In this document: positions 1 through 10,095 of the stretch, in pieces
Numbering within the stretch: the first letter of the stretch is position 1
Layout of the letters: every line of letters begins with the position of its first letter
From: Pseudomonadota bacterium
GTDB taxonomy: Bacteria; Bdellovibrionota; Bdellovibrionia; Bdellovibrionales; Bdellovibrionaceae
Assembly: GCA_041178425.1 (NCBI GenBank)
Contig: JBEGVH010000026.1
Coordinates: forward strand, 35,427-99,426
Length of the DNA stretch: 64,000 nt
Reading direction: 5' to 3'
Translations under genes and position numbers: made by a program
Notes under the pieces: model-generated
Databases searched by the model: none
Told to the model about the DNA's origin: nothing
Seen by the model: the letters and a program-made list of their open reading frames with translations, nothing else

Positions 1-209
1 TCAAAGTGTACGCCCGATCGAAGCGGAGGATTGTTGGTGATGTCGTCAACAACAGTCACTGGAGTGACATTGTTTGATGCTACCGAAACACTGCCCGATA
101 AAAACTCCTGACCGGTCACCGGAGAAAAAAAGGTGTTGTTATTAAACTCAATAGTATGCGCACAAGCCAAAGAGGCTAAACTTAGTAGTGCCAATAATAC
201 TCTGCTCAT
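1..209 (-). CDS. Partial (runs off window) putative lipoprotein/secreted protein
   Basis: Read manually: ATG at 209, MSRVLLALLSLASLAC-AHTIEFNNNTFFSPVTG..., open to the window edge; lipobox-like SLAC. Confidence 0.6.
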   Translation of the reverse strand, partial: MSRVLLALLSLASLACAHTIEFNNNTFFSPVTGQEFLSGSVSVASNNVTPVTVVDDITNNPPLRSGVHF

Positions 210-311
210 TAGTTGAAACCCCATCATGTATGTTACCGCCTTTTCAGCAGCACTGTAACGAGCAATTCATGAGGTGGCAAAAGAACCTTTCGATTGATGC
301 CCTATGGTCAA

Positions 312-2789
312 TTAATAAGGTTGGTGCTTGCAAAAGGGAGCTTTGGGGTCGCGAGTGCACAAATAAAGGCGCAGATCGGCGTTGTCTTTTTCAAGCCGCT
401 CAATCTTTCGCTGTAGGATTTGTTGCTCTGACAGGATGTTTGTGATCGAAAGTTTGAGGGTCTCCCATTCGGCCTTGATAGATTGAAATTGGGTTTCGAC
501 GACGTTGAATTTACCAACGAGCGCTCGGAAGGCCTCAATCAAGGGGGCAAGAAGGTGAGGGTAAGACACTCGCTTGAGTTGAGTTGTTTCGTCTGTTGTT
601 ACCACTTCAGGAAAGATTTTTTCAACCTCTTGAGCGATCAGGCCAATCTGAGGGCCTTGACCATAGGTTGCGGGGTCTCTCCATAAATAAGATTTGCCAT
701 GCAATTGCAGAATTTTATCGAGAGAATTCTCGAGGGGGTTGATTTGTGTTTTGAGGCGTTCGTCAGATGAAGCCGTACAACCACCGGCGGTACAGATTTG
801 AGCTCCGCCAATACGAAGAGAGCCTTGCGCATTGATGGGGCCAGCCACATCTAATTTATACTGAGGTGTCGGCGTGTCGATGCCTACGTTCCGAGACGTC
901 TGTAGCGCCAAGAGCGGATTGGGCGAATTAGGATTATTAGTTACATCCATAAAAATAGGTCGCTCGAAGGCCTGGATTCGGAGTCGATCATAACTGGCAT
1001 TAGTTTCATAAAAGATGGTGCCTTTGGGAATTAGGCCTTGGGTGATTCCAAGACCAACGCCGCCCGTGCCATTGCCTGCGCGACCTATGCCCACCGACCA
1101 TCCGTTGATTGAAGAAACGAAACCCGGAAAGTTTGTTCCGTCCACTCTTGTTCCCGGAGAGGAGAGATAGTCTCTTGCGGTTTGGAGGTCTCCACTAATC
1201 ACCGTGTTTCTAAATAGGCCTGAATACACACCTCGACCGTTGACGGTGAGCTTGGCTTCGGGGTTAAAGAGTCCGCCCCCAATCCCGACGTTGCCCGTGT
1301 CTCCACGCACGAGCATCGGGGTGCAAAGTTCATAATCAGCACCGCAATTCGTGGTGTTCATGGGGTTTGGTTGATAAATCTGAAAGATTAAATCATTTTT
1401 GTTGTAGGCCTTCAAAACAAGAGCCCCAGGCACTCCCCCTCGCCCAACAACATCTCCCCAATAAACACCACCGAGGGTGGGATTGGGTCGGCCAGCGGGT
1501 GGTTTATCAGTCATAAAAAATAAACCGAATGCATCCGAAGCTCTGCCAAGCCCCATCCATTTTCCATCTTTATAAAATGTAGCGATTCCAACGTTATCCA
1601 TTCCTGCGGGCGACCCTGGTGCACTCAAAAGTTTTGCTATGTGGTCGGGGTGTGCTGAAATAAAAGGGCCTGTGGAGAGCGTCATCTGCGCGCTCTTTTT
1701 AGTTCTTACATAGAGAGCTCCGTCGCATGCTGCTCCATTGTCGGGACACGTATCGACAACGAGGGGGCGTTCACCATAGGTGCGCAAATTAATGGCCCCC
1801 GTAGCAAACCCCATCTGCGTCCATCCAGGCGTTGGATTGGGGTAGGCAATCATCGAGTACATTCCCCGGTTTCTGTAGTTAACAGCCACACCCGCCGCTG
1901 TGCCGCTGGAGTGCTCACCAAGTGCCACGCCTAGTCCGTTTAAGCCGTTGAGGCCACCGATTGTAATTCCATGTCCTAAACTCCATTGGGTTTGCGCTTG
2001 GGCGATCCCATTTTTATCGCCGAGGAACAAAAGATTTTCTCCGTAAATGTTTCCGGTGTTAAAGATGGTTGGCAGTTTAGTCCAATCGCTGGCAACGGCG
2101 AGCCGCAGGTACAAGCATGAGGGAATTTTAGTAGAATCGTATCTTCCACCCAAAAGCTCGCACACTCGTTTCGGATCATTGGTGTCGACAGAACAATCAA
2201 AAAAAGTTCCATCAGCCTTGGTGATAATAGCGAGAGCCACTCGACCTCTCACAACTTTTCCCCCGAGGTTGTCGTCTCCTTGTTTTGTGCCAGTGATCGT
2301 CATTTGAGTGAGGTAGTACTTAAAGTCACCTATGACGCCGTTTTCGTCGGGATACTTAAAATCAATGGGTCCATCTTTTTTGGCTTCTATTTTGGCCGTG
2401 ATAAGGTACTCAGAATTATTGAGCCCCAAAAGCACATTCTTTTTACCCGAATCAACAATCCCGATGTCATTCACTTCAGCGCCTGTGTACTTATCGAGGG
2501 GAATTGTCGCGCTTTGCGGTCGCACGATACTATTTTTGCAGACTCTTTGTTTAGCGGCATTTTCTGCAGCGGTCGGAGGTCTTGCCAAGGTGAGAGAAAC
2601 AAGGTTTTCAACAGCCTGCAAATCGTTACCAATTCGCATGTGTTTTAAACTCTGAAATCCCATGTTCGACATAGAAGCCACGGCATAAAGAATAATCGCC
2701 GAAACACCCACAACCAAGGAGAGCTCAATCAGGCTCACCCCTTTTTGTGACTTAATTCCAAAAAGTTCTTTACGCATATTGACCCTCAT
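312..2789 (-). CDS. Prepilin-type N-terminal domain protein with fibre repeats and C-terminal peptidase S74 (intramolecular chaperone) domain
   Basis: QKG|VSLIELSLVVGVSAIIL class III signal with E+5; GNVGIG..P..KL.V.G fibre repeats; SSDERLK...IGLIAQEVEKIFPEVV S74 motif plus terminal coiled coil; start set at ATG 2789 (GGGAG RBS). Confidence 0.85.
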   Translation of the reverse strand: MRVNMRKELFGIKSQKGVSLIELSLVVGVSAIILYAVASMSNMGFQSLKHMRIGNDLQAVENLVSLTLARPPTAAENAAKQRVCKNSIVRPQSATIPLDKYTGAEVNDIGIVDSGKKNVLLGLNNSEYLITAKIEAKKDGPIDFKYPDENGVIGDFKYYLTQMTITGTKQGDDNLGGKVVRGRVALAIITKADGTFFDCSVDTNDPKRVCELLGGRYDSTKIPSCLYLRLAVASDWTKLPTIFNTGNIYGENLLFLGDKNGIAQAQTQWSLGHGITIGGLNGLNGLGVALGEHSSGTAAGVAVNYRNRGMYSMIAYPNPTPGWTQMGFATGAINLRTYGERPLVVDTCPDNGAACDGALYVRTKKSAQMTLSTGPFISAHPDHIAKLLSAPGSPAGMDNVGIATFYKDGKWMGLGRASDAFGLFFMTDKPPAGRPNPTLGGVYWGDVVGRGGVPGALVLKAYNKNDLIFQIYQPNPMNTTNCGADYELCTPMLVRGDTGNVGIGGGLFNPEAKLTVNGRGVYSGLFRNTVISGDLQTARDYLSSPGTRVDGTNFPGFVSSINGWSVGIGRAGNGTGGVGLGITQGLIPKGTIFYETNASYDRLRIQAFERPIFMDVTNNPNSPNPLLALQTSRNVGIDTPTPQYKLDVAGPINAQGSLRIGGAQICTAGGCTASSDERLKTQINPLENSLDKILQLHGKSYLWRDPATYGQGPQIGLIAQEVEKIFPEVVTTDETTQLKRVSYPHLLAPLIEAFRALVGKFNVVETQFQSIKAEWETLKLSITNILSEQQILQRKIERLEKDNADLRLYLCTRDPKAPFCKHQPY

Positions 2790-2968
2790 GTCTCCCATTG
2801 TTTCATTGAACAATTTGGGAATGGGGGCCGTCTAGATCTAATAATTAATAAGCGATAAGGTTCTCATTTCGAGATGCTTATCTCTTATTAAAAAGTGGCT
2901 AATGCCAAAGTGATAAAAAATTGTTTTTTAGAACCTCAAAATGAGGCACAAAATTCAAAATAGTCTGT

Positions 2969-3553
2969 TTAAAAGTTGGTCGAAATATTTAGAATCCGAT
3001 GGAGTCCTGAAACTCTAAGAAAGCTCATCACCTCTGAATTAACACCGGTGAGTTGTAGGCGCTCAGTCTTAGGTGTATTTTCAGTGGATGAGATTGGTCT
3101 TGGAAAACGAAAGTTGAGTTGTTTATTGATCATAAATAGAGTTCCCGCCGTTTCGGCGGAGATTTTCGAAACAGCGCTCATATCGATCTGAATTTGACCG
3201 TAAGGATCGCGAACCAATTGCTCGAATTCTTGGGTGTTCAAGAGATCTCTTATTAATTCTCCCAGACGGTGCGCATCGGATTCAGGTCTTGGCACAGAAT
3301 GAGGACTGTCCAAGTTATCGGCAAGGGTGCTCTTTAAGTACCATTCGCGGTTTTTAAGGGTGATTTTGAGGGTGGAGCCCTGCAAGTCGATATCCGCAAG
3401 ACCTGCGGTGTCGAGCATTTGAAGAGAGCGATCGCTGCGGAGATCTTGAATACTGTTTATGCACTTTGGCGAGGCGGCTAGAACACTCACTGAAGCTGTT
3501 GCTGTGGTTATGAGGGTCATCCAAAAGACGAGAAGGGGCTGCGACCGAATCAT
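2969..3553 (-). CDS. Signal-peptide protein with C-terminal STAS (anti-sigma antagonist-like) domain
   Basis: IDMSAVSKISAETAGTL...LTGVNSEVMSFLRVSGLHRILNI resembles STAS; hydrophobic N-terminus; GGAGG RBS. Confidence 0.6.
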   Translation of the reverse strand: MIRSQPLLVFWMTLITTATASVSVLAASPKCINSIQDLRSDRSLQMLDTAGLADIDLQGSTLKITLKNREWYLKSTLADNLDSPHSVPRPESDAHRLGELIRDLLNTQEFEQLVRDPYGQIQIDMSAVSKISAETAGTLFMINKQLNFRFPRPISSTENTPKTERLQLTGVNSEVMSFLRVSGLHRILNISTNF

Positions 3554-3754
3554 AGAAAAACCTCCAGATTAAACGTTTAAGAATAGAATTTGTTTACAAA
3601 GCTTGTGCCACTTCTGAAGCTCAATCAAAGACGGCGTTCATAGACCTAGTCGCTCTGAATCAGACAAAAATGTGGTGCGAGTGACAGAATTAGGCACTTT
3701 TTTTTTGAACGCAAAATCCTTCATTTGCCAATGAGGACAAACAAATCGTATTTA

Positions 3755-3769
3755 TGGTCTTGATATTGC
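3755..3769 (+). promoter_or_regulatory. Putative sigma54 -24/-12 promoter
   Basis: TGGTCT-TGATA-TTGC (GG-N10-GC) about 70 nt upstream of ATG 3842. Confidence 0.45.
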
Positions 3770-3841
3770 AAAGATCTTATTTTCGAGCGTGAAGCTAAGT
3801 AATAACACTTTCGGCCACAGTTTAACTGAGGAAGCATTTGT

Positions 3842-5434
3842 ATGACTTTGAGCGAGCCACAGGTGAGAACCCTTCATTTTCGTTTTATGGCTGTAGTGGC
3901 TATGGCCGTTGTTTTTTTAGTTCTTTCCGTTTCTAAAGCTCAATCCCAACCAATTGATCTGTTTCCCGCAAGCCACCTCGGAATGCCCGTTGATCCAGAA
4001 AAGATGAATCAAGTGATGGAAGCCTATGTAGAAAAGGTGCCTTCTGTTATTGAGGAGTCCACACGAGTGATTGAACTCTTTAAAGGCGCCCTGGTCTATG
4101 CTGAAGAAAAGTACCAAGAGTTGCGACAAAATGCCAATGGGCGCTCGGATGTTGCAGATGAAATGTTTTTGAATGATCTTAAACAGCGCAAAATTATTTT
4201 TAACGATCCTAATTTAGGCCAGGCTGAGTTCACGGATATAGATGGCTCTCTTGTTGTGCGAATGATCGATAAAAAAGGAACGGCGATCATTTTTATTCAC
4301 AGTGATTATGTTCAAAAAGATTCGGTCCATTTGCAGCGTTATATCAGTCGTCAGAACAGTGCCGCCGGAAAAACGGGTAGAAATTTGATCGTTGTGTGGC
4401 ACGACGACAATCGATTGCAGTCGGTTGAGACTCACGCCAAACCCAGTCGTTGGACGCTGGCCCATTGGAAAGGCTATCTAACTGCTGTTTATAAACCAGC
4501 CACCTTCGATAGTTTTTGTTTTGGAATTATGAGTGGTCTTGCTCAGGCCGCCCTCACGGCTACCTTAGGCGCCCTTCAAGGAGGCCTAACACCTCATGTG
4601 GCCATCCTGGCGGGAAGTGTTTTTGGCTTTGGCTCCTTTATTGGAACCTATAGTTCGACTTATCGAAATATCATCTTTTACAGTCATTCCAAAATAAGTC
4701 AGATCATGAAACAGTCGGTGGTCAGCTACGCTTTTGCTTACATGGTTTTTTCTCTTAATAATATCGCTAACGGCGAAGCGAATCATGTGATGTCGTTCTC
4801 GGAGTATTTAGGACTGCTAGTGAATATCTTTCTTTCGAGTTCGGCGAAGAACGAATTTTCACAATGGGCACGGGTGAAAGATTTTGGACGCCTTGACCTG
4901 AAGGAATATGCTGTGAAAATTCCGCTGATAAATAAAGCTTTTCACTTTACGGATCGAGATATTAATTATCAGATGAAGGTTCAGTTAACAACACAGGGAA
5001 TTCGAACGGCGGATTTGCTTGGTTACCAGCTCAATATTCCCCTAGCGGATGGCGGCTTTTACAAGCTCGACCTCGGAAAAATTTTGCTTTGGGTCTCAGC
5101 ACCGGTCGTATACCTTTCTGTTAAGAGTTGGGCTAATAAAAATCATCCTGAGATTGCAAAAGAAATTGGGTTAGACACGCCATTAAAGGAAATAATGAAT
5201 GGATTCTTTAAAAAAGTAGTGGATAGTTTTAAGGTTGACCCCAAAAAGTGGGAAGAATCGTTGGCGCGATCAGCTTTGAGTCAGCAAATTCAAGAGGCCG
5301 ACTCCAGTTACCTGGAGTCAATGACTCGAAAGTTAATCGAGAATCGACCCGGTGAATTCGAGACGTTACCGGGAGTATCTTATCGTTCTAAACGCTGTCA
5401 GCGAGCGCTCGAAGGAGCGGCTTCAGGAGCGTAA
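3842..5434 (+). CDS. Hypothetical secreted/membrane protein
   Basis: 530-aa ORF, GAGGA RBS, signal peptide (SKA|QS), internal hydrophobic segments, C-terminal RCQRALE motif. Confidence 0.75.
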   Translation: MTLSEPQVRTLHFRFMAVVAMAVVFLVLSVSKAQSQPIDLFPASHLGMPVDPEKMNQVMEAYVEKVPSVIEESTRVIELFKGALVYAEEKYQELRQNANGRSDVADEMFLNDLKQRKIIFNDPNLGQAEFTDIDGSLVVRMIDKKGTAIIFIHSDYVQKDSVHLQRYISRQNSAAGKTGRNLIVVWHDDNRLQSVETHAKPSRWTLAHWKGYLTAVYKPATFDSFCFGIMSGLAQAALTATLGALQGGLTPHVAILAGSVFGFGSFIGTYSSTYRNIIFYSHSKISQIMKQSVVSYAFAYMVFSLNNIANGEANHVMSFSEYLGLLVNIFLSSSAKNEFSQWARVKDFGRLDLKEYAVKIPLINKAFHFTDRDINYQMKVQLTTQGIRTADLLGYQLNIPLADGGFYKLDLGKILLWVSAPVVYLSVKSWANKNHPEIAKEIGLDTPLKEIMNGFFKKVVDSFKVDPKKWEESLARSALSQQIQEADSSYLESMTRKLIENRPGEFETLPGVSYRSKRCQRALEGAASGA

Positions 5435-5445
5435 AATAACCCTGC

Positions 5446-6276
5446 CTAATATAAATCTGCCGTCATAAGTTTATTAACACAAGTTGGAATTCTTTTGAGA
5501 AGTCTCTGAACCTTATAGGCATGTAAATTAGGGTTAAGGACGGCCCAATAATTCAGTTTAGAGTTTTCCCAAAAAACCTTTCCACTTTTAGAAATTTGAG
5601 ACTCTAACTGATCCATGACCCAAACCGCGCCATCGGTAGGTGATCGCTTCTTTGTTCCTTGCCAAAGACCGTAAGCAGTTGAATTAGTACCCTTGGCTTT
5701 TATTTTGTTGTTGCAAGAGCTTTCAGCCATTGCCATGGCACCAACGAGGGCCACGTAAAAATCTTTCTTTTGGTCGGTAGAAAGCTTACTCCAATTGGGG
5801 CAAACTTTATTCAGATCATTGGCGCGGTTTAAATGCACCGAGGAAACATTGTTGCGAACGGCGTTGGCCACTTGGTCGACCACTTTGTCGCACGGATCTG
5901 GTAGTAGTTCTTTGGCTTCCGAGAGTGTGGCTGTTGCAGATGCTAATTTCGTTCTGGATTTTAAGGTAACCATGAGGTCCGATTGTGGAAAATCACGCTG
6001 ATTATAGAATTTGCGAATGTCCTCTTTTTGTTTTTCCGTTAAAACAGTTCTTTTACGTTTGATAACAGGTTCCTCTCTCTGGTCGCCGTAGAGGTATTCG
6101 TTAGTGGCTTGTTCTGTCGATTCATCACTCCACGCCCCTGTTTCAGAAATCATGGGTAAAGATTCCGAATCATCGTAACCCGCAAATAGGGGTAGGGCCT
6201 GAAAAATAAAAATAAAAAGAATGTATTTTGAAAATCTCTGTAGTGGATTCATTCGGTGTTTGTTTTTGTGAATCAT
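5446..6276 (-). CDS. Secreted lytic transglycosylase (SLT/lysozyme-like) protein
   Basis: AMAMAESSCN catalytic-Glu motif and AYGLWQ motif; signal peptide. Confidence 0.7.
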   Translation of the reverse strand: MIHKNKHRMNPLQRFSKYILFIFIFQALPLFAGYDDSESLPMISETGAWSDESTEQATNEYLYGDQREEPVIKRKRTVLTEKQKEDIRKFYNQRDFPQSDLMVTLKSRTKLASATATLSEAKELLPDPCDKVVDQVANAVRNNVSSVHLNRANDLNKVCPNWSKLSTDQKKDFYVALVGAMAMAESSCNNKIKAKGTNSTAYGLWQGTKKRSPTDGAVWVMDQLESQISKSGKVFWENSKLNYWAVLNPNLHAYKVQRLLKRIPTCVNKLMTADLY

Positions 6277-6337
6277 TGAATTGACCTCATTCTCTCAAAA
6301 TGAGTGATGTTTTGAATTCCCCGCAGAAATATCATGA

Positions 6338-6352
6338 GCAATCGAAGTGCCA
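6338..6352 (-). promoter_or_regulatory. Putative sigma54 promoter
   Basis: Minus strand TGGCAC-TTCGA-TTGC, exact consensus, upstream of ATG 6276. Confidence 0.65.
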
Positions 6353-6679
6353 AAATTTGTAATTGTGTTCAAATCATCCAAAGAGGTTATGGTGATTTTA
6401 AAACCAATTTCGCAAACAATTCAGGTGTTTCTTTGTATCGAGCTGGGAAAATGGTTTGCAATAAACTGTTTATGTTTTGTTCACCTGATGATGAAACTGA
6501 ATTCATTTAAAAGCTCTTGAAACATTAATGAGTTAAGGCTCGTTTAACCGTGTTTCTATCAATAGTATGAACATTCACAAAAAGTGATCCCAAGTGAATT
6601 GTTTCTTGGCGATAAATCGATAGGTCTTTATTTTGCAGCCCTGGTAAAATCAATCCATTTATTTTTTCGAGGGTTTAAT

Positions 6680-7381
6680 GTGCGAAGTTTGCTTTGGTTG
6701 ATCGTTCTTTCTTTTTTGCCTCTGGTGTGTTTCGCCTCAGACATTCAGAGTTGCAAGTTGAGCCTTCTCGAACAGCCTATTCTCGTTGATGTTTCCCAAT
6801 TAGGCTATACCTGGGAGAGTTTTGACCGTTATTCGGAGTTTGATTTTTCTGACCGTCGAAAGGTTCTATTTTTAAGTGATGGGGGAGTTTCGTCGAAGGT
6901 TCCCTTACAGAAACAAAGTCGAGTCTTTGTTGGGAGTGATCTTTCGCCTAAAGCCAACGTACAAGTGAGGCTAAACAACACGCAACTACCATTTTCTCCT
7001 GCAAGTTTCGACTTGATTGTAATGAATAGGGGGCTCTGCCTGTGTCATTCAATAAAAAAAACATGCGGCGGGGTGAATCTCAATAAAAGTTCGGTTCGCG
7101 ACTTTCTTGAAAGTGTTGCTGGTCTATTAGATCCTCGAAATCCCACTTCCATGGCTTTGTTGACCGGTTACTACGGCAACTCAGAGGCCATCGCGAAGGT
7201 TCCTGATTTATTTCGTTCTCAACTGGGAATACTAAAAAAGAATTTTCCCAATTTTGAGTTTGTTGAGCTGATAGATCCTACTTTAGGAGATCACGCGGCA
7301 GGGGAGTTCATAGGCATCGCTATCTACCAAAAGGGAACTTCCCTTCAGCTCAATCTCCGTGATCTCGAGCTTCCGCGGTAA
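6680..7381 (+). CDS. Signal-peptide protein with SAM-methyltransferase-like fold
   Basis: VGSD...QLPFSPASFDLIV class I MTase-like motifs; likely GTG start 6680 after GAGGG; signal peptide ending VCFA. Confidence 0.55.
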   Translation: MRSLLWLIVLSFLPLVCFASDIQSCKLSLLEQPILVDVSQLGYTWESFDRYSEFDFSDRRKVLFLSDGGVSSKVPLQKQSRVFVGSDLSPKANVQVRLNNTQLPFSPASFDLIVMNRGLCLCHSIKKTCGGVNLNKSSVRDFLESVAGLLDPRNPTSMALLTGYYGNSEAIAKVPDLFRSQLGILKKNFPNFEFVELIDPTLGDHAAGEFIGIAIYQKGTSLQLNLRDLELPR

Positions 7382-7389
7382 ACGTAAAT

Positions 7390-8688
7390 CTATTTAATAA
7401 ATCCTAATGCTGTCGGATTCATCCAGTCCTCGGGGTTTAAATTCTGTTGACGCAGCAGTTCTTCGTCTTGTAGATCGGGTGATCTTACAATGTTGGGCCA
7501 TAGCGTTTTTAAATCCTTATCGCTGCAGAGACTTTTCTCAGATATTGTGTTGCGGGCGAGCCTCAATTTTGCCTTGAATTGACGAACTCTCTGATAAGAC
7601 TCTTCGATGCGAGAAGGTTTTATTTCTCCTGATAGCACGGCGTCTTGGATTTCTGCGAGCATGATACGAATATCTTCTGGGCGGTATTTGAGATTATTGC
7701 CTATGAGAACCAAGTCAACACCGGCTTTGATCGCTGCCTTTACAGTTTCGGTGAGAGAAAGGGTTTCTGGGATTCCTTTCATATCGACGTCATCGGTGAC
7801 GATGAGGCCTTGATAACCAATTTCTTTTCGCAGAAAACCGACGACGTCTTGAGAAATACTCGACGGAGCGCCATCAACGGGATTCATTAAATGAGAAATC
7901 ATGATAAGATCGGCATCGTATTTTAATTTATTGAAGGGCGCAAATGCCGTTTTGGGTCCCTCCGACTTCCAGTTCTCTGAAAGTGCAACAGTCTCAAGAT
8001 GGGTGTCGCCAAAAGTTTTCGAAAGACTCATTCCGGGAAAGTGTTTCAACGTGGCACCCACATTGACTTTATGTAATTCACGAATCACAAGCTTACTAAA
8101 AAGCTCTAATTGTTCAGGTGCCTCAGAAAACGTGCGTTTGAAAGCCAGGCTAGTGGAAGTTGTAGCATCGGCAACAGGGGCAAAATTAAGATTAATTCCG
8201 TAGTTATCGAGTTGTGTTCCAATGATTCGCGCACCACAGCTGACAGCTTTACCTCCAAGAGCTGCAAGCTCTTGGGGCGCGCGAACTTCCACAAACCCAA
8301 GCTTTATCTTGAGGCGCTCAACGGCTCCACCTTCTTGATCAATTGAGATAAGGGGTGGGTGAGTTGTTTTTAGCTCTTTGATGTAGTTAGTGAGAGCTTT
8401 TAGCTGTTTAGCATTTCGTATGTTTCTTGGAGTTTTATCAGTTGAAGATTGGTCAAAGAGAATAACGCCACCAATATTTTGATTCTCCATCAGCTCAGTC
8501 ATGCCCTCTTGTTCAAATCCAGAAGAGGTTTCTGAGGCAAAACCCAGAATAAACATTTGCCCAAGCTTTTTTGATAGCGGCAATGTATTGCTGCCTTTTA
8601 TTTGTCCATTCTGACAAAAACCAGACATTGATAGAAAGAGAGAGTAGCCCAAAGCGAATAAAGTCGATTTATTTATATTTGATTTCAT
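7390..8688 (-). CDS. nagZ: Glycoside hydrolase family 3 beta-N-acetylhexosaminidase (NagZ-like), secreted
   Basis: SIDQEGGAVERL, NFAPVAD, KHFPG..DTH, GLIVTDDVDM, AGVDLVL motifs. Confidence 0.88.
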   Translation of the reverse strand: MKSNINKSTLFALGYSLFLSMSGFCQNGQIKGSNTLPLSKKLGQMFILGFASETSSGFEQEGMTELMENQNIGGVILFDQSSTDKTPRNIRNAKQLKALTNYIKELKTTHPPLISIDQEGGAVERLKIKLGFVEVRAPQELAALGGKAVSCGARIIGTQLDNYGINLNFAPVADATTSTSLAFKRTFSEAPEQLELFSKLVIRELHKVNVGATLKHFPGMSLSKTFGDTHLETVALSENWKSEGPKTAFAPFNKLKYDADLIMISHLMNPVDGAPSSISQDVVGFLRKEIGYQGLIVTDDVDMKGIPETLSLTETVKAAIKAGVDLVLIGNNLKYRPEDIRIMLAEIQDAVLSGEIKPSRIEESYQRVRQFKAKLRLARNTISEKSLCSDKDLKTLWPNIVRSPDLQDEELLRQQNLNPEDWMNPTALGFIK

Positions 8689-8769
8689 ATCATGGCATTC
8701 GCTTCAATCCCTGTGCCATAGGTCCTCTAAAGGGCGCTGATCGATCGTCCGGGCGCCCTCAACAATGTA

Positions 8770-10095
8770 TTATTGAAAAAGAGCGCGGCATTTCATCGCT
8801 CGCGTGTCTCCTCTAAACCCCTTTGAAGCTTTAAGTTCATCTAGGAATTTTCGAAGCCCAACACTGATCGCAAGGTGGCCTTGATGATAGCCAAAAGTGG
8901 TCGTATTAATTCGTACGTCTTTGATCAATTGCTCAACAGGAATATTTGTTAACTGAGAGACCGTTAGGTTGAACTCCTTAAAGAAATCTTGACCCCAAGC
9001 TCCATACGTACTTAGACTTAACCATGACGGTGCACTGTTCCCGTGCAGAAGTCCAATAGCGACAGGGACGTATCGGCTAAGAACATTTTCTTGGTAGAAA
9101 GAGTTAGTAATATCCGTGCGGCCCACGGCTTCAAAATACTCTTTGAGCAAGTAAGAATCGCCTAGATCTTTTAATATGACTCTACCAGTGGGTTTTTCGT
9201 TTTTGTCGAGTTCGACCATAAAGTTTTGACCATGAGGCGAGTCCAGTGTTTGGCCAGTCATCACGAACAATTCAGCGAGAGCTCGGGCAAGGGGTTTGTT
9301 AAGATGGGTGTTCCAAAAGTCAGCCACCTGTTCTGGTGCGGCTCCATTTTTTATCGCAATCCGGCGCCCTTCCTCTTCGTGAAGCGCTGAAAAAGCTGGA
9401 ACGTAACGACGTCCGCCATGCCCATGTACAAGATCGCCCGGGAGTCTCAAAAGCATGCCTTGATCGATTTCCGGAAGCGTGAACGCTAAAGGCTCATCCA
9501 TAAAAACAAAGTTTTTTGGTTTATGCTTTTTGATGGCTGCCATGACATAGTCAGAGATCACTCTCACTTCATTGGTATCACCGATGGGTTGTTTTTTATC
9601 CACCCAGTTGCCACCCGTTTTATCCGTTGAAACTTTGAGTGACATCACTTTGCAACTCGTGCCAATGCAGTACCAGCTCCTAGAAGCCTGCTGATAGGCT
9701 GTAAAATAGCGATAGCGAGTGGCATCGAGGTTTTTGCTCTTTAAATATCTTTCGACCTCAAAACTGTATTTTGTGTCTTCAGGATTAATGATCCAACGAA
9801 CAAAGGTTTTGTCCTGTCCATTGACCTTCTTGGTAAAAATAAGATCGTTCAAAATGTCTCGAGAAATGCGTCGTTCGTCCATGTTTACAGTGACGGCTTC
9901 AATGGGGATTTCAAAATGCTCCATCTGGATTTCGAGAGTTCGATTGGGGGCAACGGCGTTTTTTGTTTGCTCCATGTGTATAGAGACCTTCTCGCCCATG
10001 GAGAGATTGGGATTGTCTTCGAGGCGGGCGTAGGACCTGATCGCAATAAGAAGTGAAAGGGTTAGTAGAAATCCTTTTAAAATTCTTCTTTCCAC
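8770..10095 (-). CDS. Signal-peptide protein with IucA/IucC (NIS synthetase)-like domain
   Basis: ASRS, SLKVS, SPHGQNFMVE and ILKDLGD motifs; GTG start with AGGAGG RBS. Confidence 0.6.
   Translation of the reverse strand: MERRILKGFLLTLSLLIAIRSYARLEDNPNLSMGEKVSIHMEQTKNAVAPNRTLEIQMEHFEIPIEAVTVNMDERRISRDILNDLIFTKKVNGQDKTFVRWIINPEDTKYSFEVERYLKSKNLDATRYRYFTAYQQASRSWYCIGTSCKVMSLKVSTDKTGGNWVDKKQPIGDTNEVRVISDYVMAAIKKHKPKNFVFMDEPLAFTLPEIDQGMLLRLPGDLVHGHGGRRYVPAFSALHEEEGRRIAIKNGAAPEQVADFWNTHLNKPLARALAELFVMTGQTLDSPHGQNFMVELDKNEKPTGRVILKDLGDSYLLKEYFEAVGRTDITNSFYQENVLSRYVPVAIGLLHGNSAPSWLSLSTYGAWGQDFFKEFNLTVSQLTNIPVEQLIKDVRINTTTFGYHQGHLAISVGLRKFLDELKASKGFRGDTRAMKCRALFQ

Noticed and set aside
312..2813. 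Prophage tail-fibre gene
   Set aside because: S74 is present, but there are no capsid, terminase, integrase or other phage genes, and the N-terminus is a prepilin signal
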